Assembly: GCF_018350175.1 (NCBI RefSeq)
Contig: NC_058368.1
Location: 75,890,001-75,954,000, forward strand
Direction of reading: 5' to 3'
DNA: 64,000 nucleotides
Source: Felis catus
Taxonomy: Eukaryota
Position 1 is the stretch's first letter. The number at the start of each line of letters is the position of its first letter. Below are positions 59,785-64,000 of this stretch, piece by piece. The translations under genes were made by a program, and so were the position numbers. The notes beneath the pieces are model-generated. The model was given only the letters and a program-made list of their open reading frames with translations. It did no database searches and had not been told where the DNA came from.

Positions 59785-59999
59785 AGGGACACCTGAGGGG
59801 TTCAGTCGGTTAGGCATCTGACTCTGGATTTCAGCCCAGGTCATGATTTCACGGTTCGAGGGACGGAGTCCCGCATCGGGTTCCATGCTGGCAGCACCTG
59901 CTTGGGATTCTCTCTCTCCTTCTCTCTCTGCCCCTCCCCTGCTAGACTGTGCACACACGCTCTCTCTCAAAATTAATAAACATTAAAAAGAAAAACAAG
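59785..59999 (+). mobile_element. Can-SINE, older subfamily
   Basis: TSD aaaa(a/g)gaaaacctct on both flanks. Confidence 0.92.
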
Positions 60000-60029
60000 A
60001 AAAGGAAAACCTCTGAAATGGAAAAAAAA

Positions 60030-60860
60030 ATAGAAAAGACTGAAATGCTATGATTGTATTCCTGGCAAGAAATTACAGTGGCCTGAAATAAGGCTGCGGG
60101 AGTCAGAAGACAGTGGGGCGAGCTCGCTTGAGAGGTGTTGGGAGGACTGAAGCAACAGCATGCTGTGACGAGTTAGACAGGAAGTGGGGGGTCGCTGGGA
60201 GAAGCAGAGGGGAAACTGGGGGTGACTGCAGTGAAATGTCTGTGAGAAACGGAATGGTTGGCAAAATCCCTACTCAAGCAAGGGACTCAGGGCAAAGAGG
60301 GGACCTGGAGAGTGTGTGAAGGTAATGAGCTCAGCTCCGAAGTTGGAACGTTCTGGAAGATATCACGTAAATATGGCCGGTAGATGAAATCGACTTTTAA
60401 GAACGGGCCTGGCTGGAAAAGAAAGATTTGGAAGTCATCAGCAATACAGAGGCACAGATAACAATATAGGGATGGTCTGGCTTGCCCACTGTTGACTATG
60501 ACCAGCCATTGTAGGGCTTTAAGCCAGGAGAGGATTGGTGCTTTAGAAGGATTATTCTGATGGCAGTAAAAATAGGAAGTCAAAAAATAAAAACTAAAAC
60601 TAAAATAGGTGGGAACTTATTCCTCAACTGACAGAAAAATGAAATAAGCCTTAACCAAGAAAATGTTCACAAGAATGACAGTGGGAATAAAATGGAGTTA
60701 TTGGCCGCGGGGAAGGTTAAGAGACTTTATAAATGGGACTTGGCAACACAGAACTTGAAGGAGGTAAAAGTTGAGTCTCTTGGCTGATTGGTTTTATTGA
60801 TAGTGTTGCAACCAAGGCGGGGATAACACTAGGAATAGCAGCTTTAAGAGAAGGCATTAA
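60030..60860 (-). mobile_element. LINE-2 fragments
   Basis: gggcctggctggaaaagaaagatttggaagtcatcagca; gccattgtagggctttaagccagg...gctttagaaggattattctgatggcag. Confidence 0.55.
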
Positions 60861-60882
60861 ATTTAGAATAGCTTTTGTTTTA

Positions 60883-61123
60883 TTTTTAATTTATTTTTTA
60901 TTTTTTTTTAATTTTTTTTTCAACGTTTATTTATTTTTGGGACAGAGAGAGACAGAGCATGAACGGGGGAGGGGCAGAGAGAGAGGGAGACACAGAATAG
61001 GAAGCAGGCTCCAGGCTCTGAGCCATCAGCCCAGAGCCTGATGAGGGGCTCGAACTCACGGACCGTGAGATCGTGACCTGGCCGAAGTCGGACGCTTAAC
61101 CGACTGCGCCACCCAGGTGCCCC
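60883..61123 (-). mobile_element. Can-SINE, young felid subfamily
   Basis: Perfect 18-bp TSD agaatagcttttgtttta at 60865-60882 and 61124-61141. Confidence 0.97.
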
Positions 61124-61227
61124 AGAATAGCTTTTGTTTTAAAACCATGTGGGAAAACCAGTAGGGGAAACCCCACAGAAGATGGACATAAGACACGAAA
61201 ATTTTAGCCAGAGATATTTGAAGATTC

Positions 61228-61427
61228 TTTTTTTTTTTTAACGTTTATTTATTTTTGAGAGAGAGGGAGTGAATGGAGAAGGCGCAGAGATAGAGGGGAA
61301 CCGAGGATGCGAAGCAGGCTGCACACTGACAACAGTGAGCCCGATGTGGGGCTCAAACTCATGAACTGTGAGATCATGACCTGAGCCGAAGTTGGACACT
61401 CAACCGACTGAACCACTCAGGCACCCT
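61228..61427 (-). mobile_element. Can-SINE
   Basis: Poly-T...gagatcatgacctgagccgaagttgg...caggcaccc. Confidence 0.92.
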
Positions 61428-61489
61428 GAAAAGCAAACAAGCAAACAAACAAACAAACAAAGCTCGAAAGAGGAATTAAGAGGCCTGGC

Positions 61490-61957
61490 TAAAAACACGA
61501 ACCTCCTAGTGTCCAGGTTTGGGCCCATCACATCAGGCTGGTTGCAATACAGCCAAATGACATCTAAAAAAAAAAGTACTGCAAAGGTTCTTAGGCATAG
61601 TTCCCCTTTCCTGATAAAAGAGAACGCAGGGAGCTTTTACTAGCTTTTGTCTCTTCCTCTGCCTTGGATCCAGACTTGGAGACTACCCATAGCGCGTCAA
61701 CCCTGCAAAGTTGCCACGAGGCAGCAAATGTGAGAACAAAAGCCAAAATGATAAGGAACATGAAGCAAGCAATGGAAACTACCTGGATCCCTGACAATGT
61801 CAAGAGCCGCACCAGCTCTGAGCTCCTTAACTCCAGATTTGAGATCGGTGGAAAAACAATCATGTTTGTTTGTGTTAGTCACGGTTGTGGTTTTTTTTTT
61901 GTCTCGCTGTGGTGGTGTTTTTTTTAGTCACCTACAGTTAAAGCCATTCTTCATAAC
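61490..61957 (+). mobile_element. Old MaLR LTR (MLT1J/K-like)
   Basis: cctggatccctgacaatgtcaagagccgcaccagctctg...gtcacctacagttaaagccattct. Confidence 0.55.
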
Positions 61958-62897
61958 AAAGATACTGAGAAGAAACACTGCAAGGGAGAGGAAAATCAGG
62001 GGCACGCAGTTTCCCAGAATCCAAAGGGAAGGCAAAAATGGCAAGACCCGAGATGAAGCGTACCCCCACAATTACTCAACTAGAAAGTCACTCTTGCCAG
62101 GAAACTTTCAGGCAATGGGGTTCAGGAGGCAGTGGCAGAGGTCTGCTAGAAACCGTGAGATTTAGTATCTTTTCTGAGAAAGTGGACTGGAAACAAAAAA
62201 GGGGGGGAGGGGGATTAATAGAAAAATAAAGAATGTAGAAGGGTCACCAACTAGGTGACTCTCTACCGGGTCACCTGCTTCTACGAAGGCTTATTGGAAA
62301 TAGCCACACTATTGACACAGCGGAGTAGGGTGACAGAAACCAAACAGTCCACAGAGGCAAAAAATATTTACTGATACAGAGATTCAAGGGAAGGTTTTGT
62401 TCCTTCGTTCAGGGTAAGAGTGGCATTGCCGTGATCACAGAAAAAGGGGAAAAGCTGCAGAGAAGTGAGAAAGATCTTTAAGCCAGTAATACAATCACCC
62501 CTGGGAGATGGGCTAGATGGGTCTCCATAAAACTCCGTATCAGAAGTATGGAGAAAGAATGACTTGTGAGGGGGAAGATGGGAAGTCAAGAACTTCTTAT
62601 TTTGTTTGTGAAGGAAGGTTTGAGATACCACCTTAAACATGGCTAGCATGACACCAGGTTCTCAGATGACCATCGCTGAGAACACAGCCTGGGGAGGGCT
62701 GACAAAGACGATTCTTTAATGAGGAAACAAACACCCATGTCCCGTTCCCTTTCCTTTAATTGTAACATGTTTATGTTCCCCAAGCACCGCAATCAACAAA
62801 ACAGGAACCACACTATGCCAGGATTTGCCCCAAAGTTCTTTATTTGGAGGCATCATTTGTAGATCTGCAACAGATTCCATTGTCCTTATTCAAGAAT

Positions 62898-62955
<58 letters not shown>

Positions 62956-63016
62956 GAAGGAAGGAAGGAAGGAAGGAAGGAAGGAAGGAAGAAAGAAAGA
63001 AAGAAGGAAAGAAAGA
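62898..63016 (+). repeat. (GAAA)n(GGAA)n compound microsatellite
   Basis: Direct inspection. Confidence 0.95.
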
Positions 63017-63524
63017 TCATAAAAGATTACTGGGATTTCCATAATAGATGAAAGATGAAGTAAAATGTTATTACAGGACCATGACAAACTCTTCCTCATG
63101 TTTTTGTGTATTGACATTACAAATAACGCAAGAAGAAACCATCGTACAGTTATGTGTGTCTTAGTAACGCCGATTTAATAAATATCTTATCTAGCTTAAT
63201 CCATTGCAGTAGGTTATAGGACGGATTTAATGTATTCACCCCCCTGTCCTGTTGGAAGATCAAACCTTCTTACCCTGCTGGCATCAGACTTGACCATGTG
63301 ACTTGCTCTGGCCTAGGCAACGTGTGCAGAAACAATGTATAGTCCCTTAGGAGTCATCATGCTTTTCCCCTATTTCTCCTATATTTTTCCAAAAGAATTC
63401 CAGTGACCCAAGTTTGGGGGGGGGGTTGCCTGAGGCTGAATCCAAGAGTAAAGAAGACACTAGGACCAAAGTCTTAGCTGATTATTTGTGAACATATCGC
63501 ATGAATAGGAAATAAGTATCCATT

Positions 63525-63944
63525 GTTTTTAAGTTTATTTATTTATTTTGAGGGAGAGAGAGAGAAAGCAAGCACTCTAGAATGAGGGAGGGGCAGAGAG
63601 AGAGGGAGAGAGAGAATACCAAGCAGGCTCCATGTTATCAGTAGCCCGATGCAGGGCTTGAACCCACGGACTGTGAGATCATGACCTGAGCTAAAATTAA
63701 GAGTCATGGGCACCTGGGTGGCTCAGTCGGTTAAGCGTCTGACTTCAGCTCAGGTCATAATCTTAATGGTTCATGAGTTCGAGCCCCACATTGGGCTCTG
63801 TGTTGACAGATTAGAGCCTGGAGCCTGCTTCAGATTCTGTGTCTCCCTCTCTCTCTGCCCCTCCCCCCCTCAAAATATAAAATAAACATTAAACAATTAA
63901 AAAAAAAAAGAAGGGGATGCTTAATTGAGCCACCCAGGTGCCCC
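63525..63944 (-). mobile_element. Older Can-SINE split by an opposite-strand SINE
   Basis: The body up to gacctgagctaaaattaagagtc resumes at gatgcttaattgagccacccaggtgcccc. Confidence 0.9.
63708..63910 (+). mobile_element. Can-SINE nested antisense inside another SINE
   Basis: gggcacctgggtggctcagtcggttaagcgtctgacttcagctcagg...A-tail. Confidence 0.94.
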
Positions 63945-64000
63945 AAGAGTCTATTTTTATAAACCACTGAGGTAAGAGGATAATCTGTATAAACTGATAG

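Larger units (their letters stand above)
63230..63998 (+). mobile_element. MaLR LTR (MLT1I-like) interrupted by nested SINEs
   Basis: cagacttgaccatgtgacttgctctggcc...catgaataggaaataa [SINEs] ttataaaccactgagg. Confidence 0.6.

Overview
Mammalian genomic DNA, almost certainly felid, judged from the Can-SINE subfamily signatures and a carnivore-type L1 3' end. It is AT-rich and intergenic or intronic. I find no recognisable protein-coding gene, RNA gene, CRISPR array or CpG island. The window is dominated by interspersed repeats: about 33 tRNA-derived Can-SINEs (many with visible target-site duplications, TSDs), one young 5'-truncated L1, several ancient L1M/L2/MIR fragments, MaLR (MLT1) and ERV LTRs, DNA-transposon fossils (MER3-, MER5-, MER94- and Tigger2-like) and simple repeats. 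Family names come from recalled consensus sequences and need RepeatMasker/Dfam confirmation; boundaries of old elements are approximate. Most ORF-track entries are repeat-derived or chance ORFs. I did not find a convincing novel biological system. The best leads are structural: an old ~90-bp duplication about 3 kb apart bracketing a rearranged L1, with each copy later hit by its own SINE; a target site used twice by SINEs; a microhomology-bounded duplication of a (TG)n locus; several templated-insertion-like scars; a twin-priming-type L1 inversion; and two weak cryptic-exon or small-ORF candidates.
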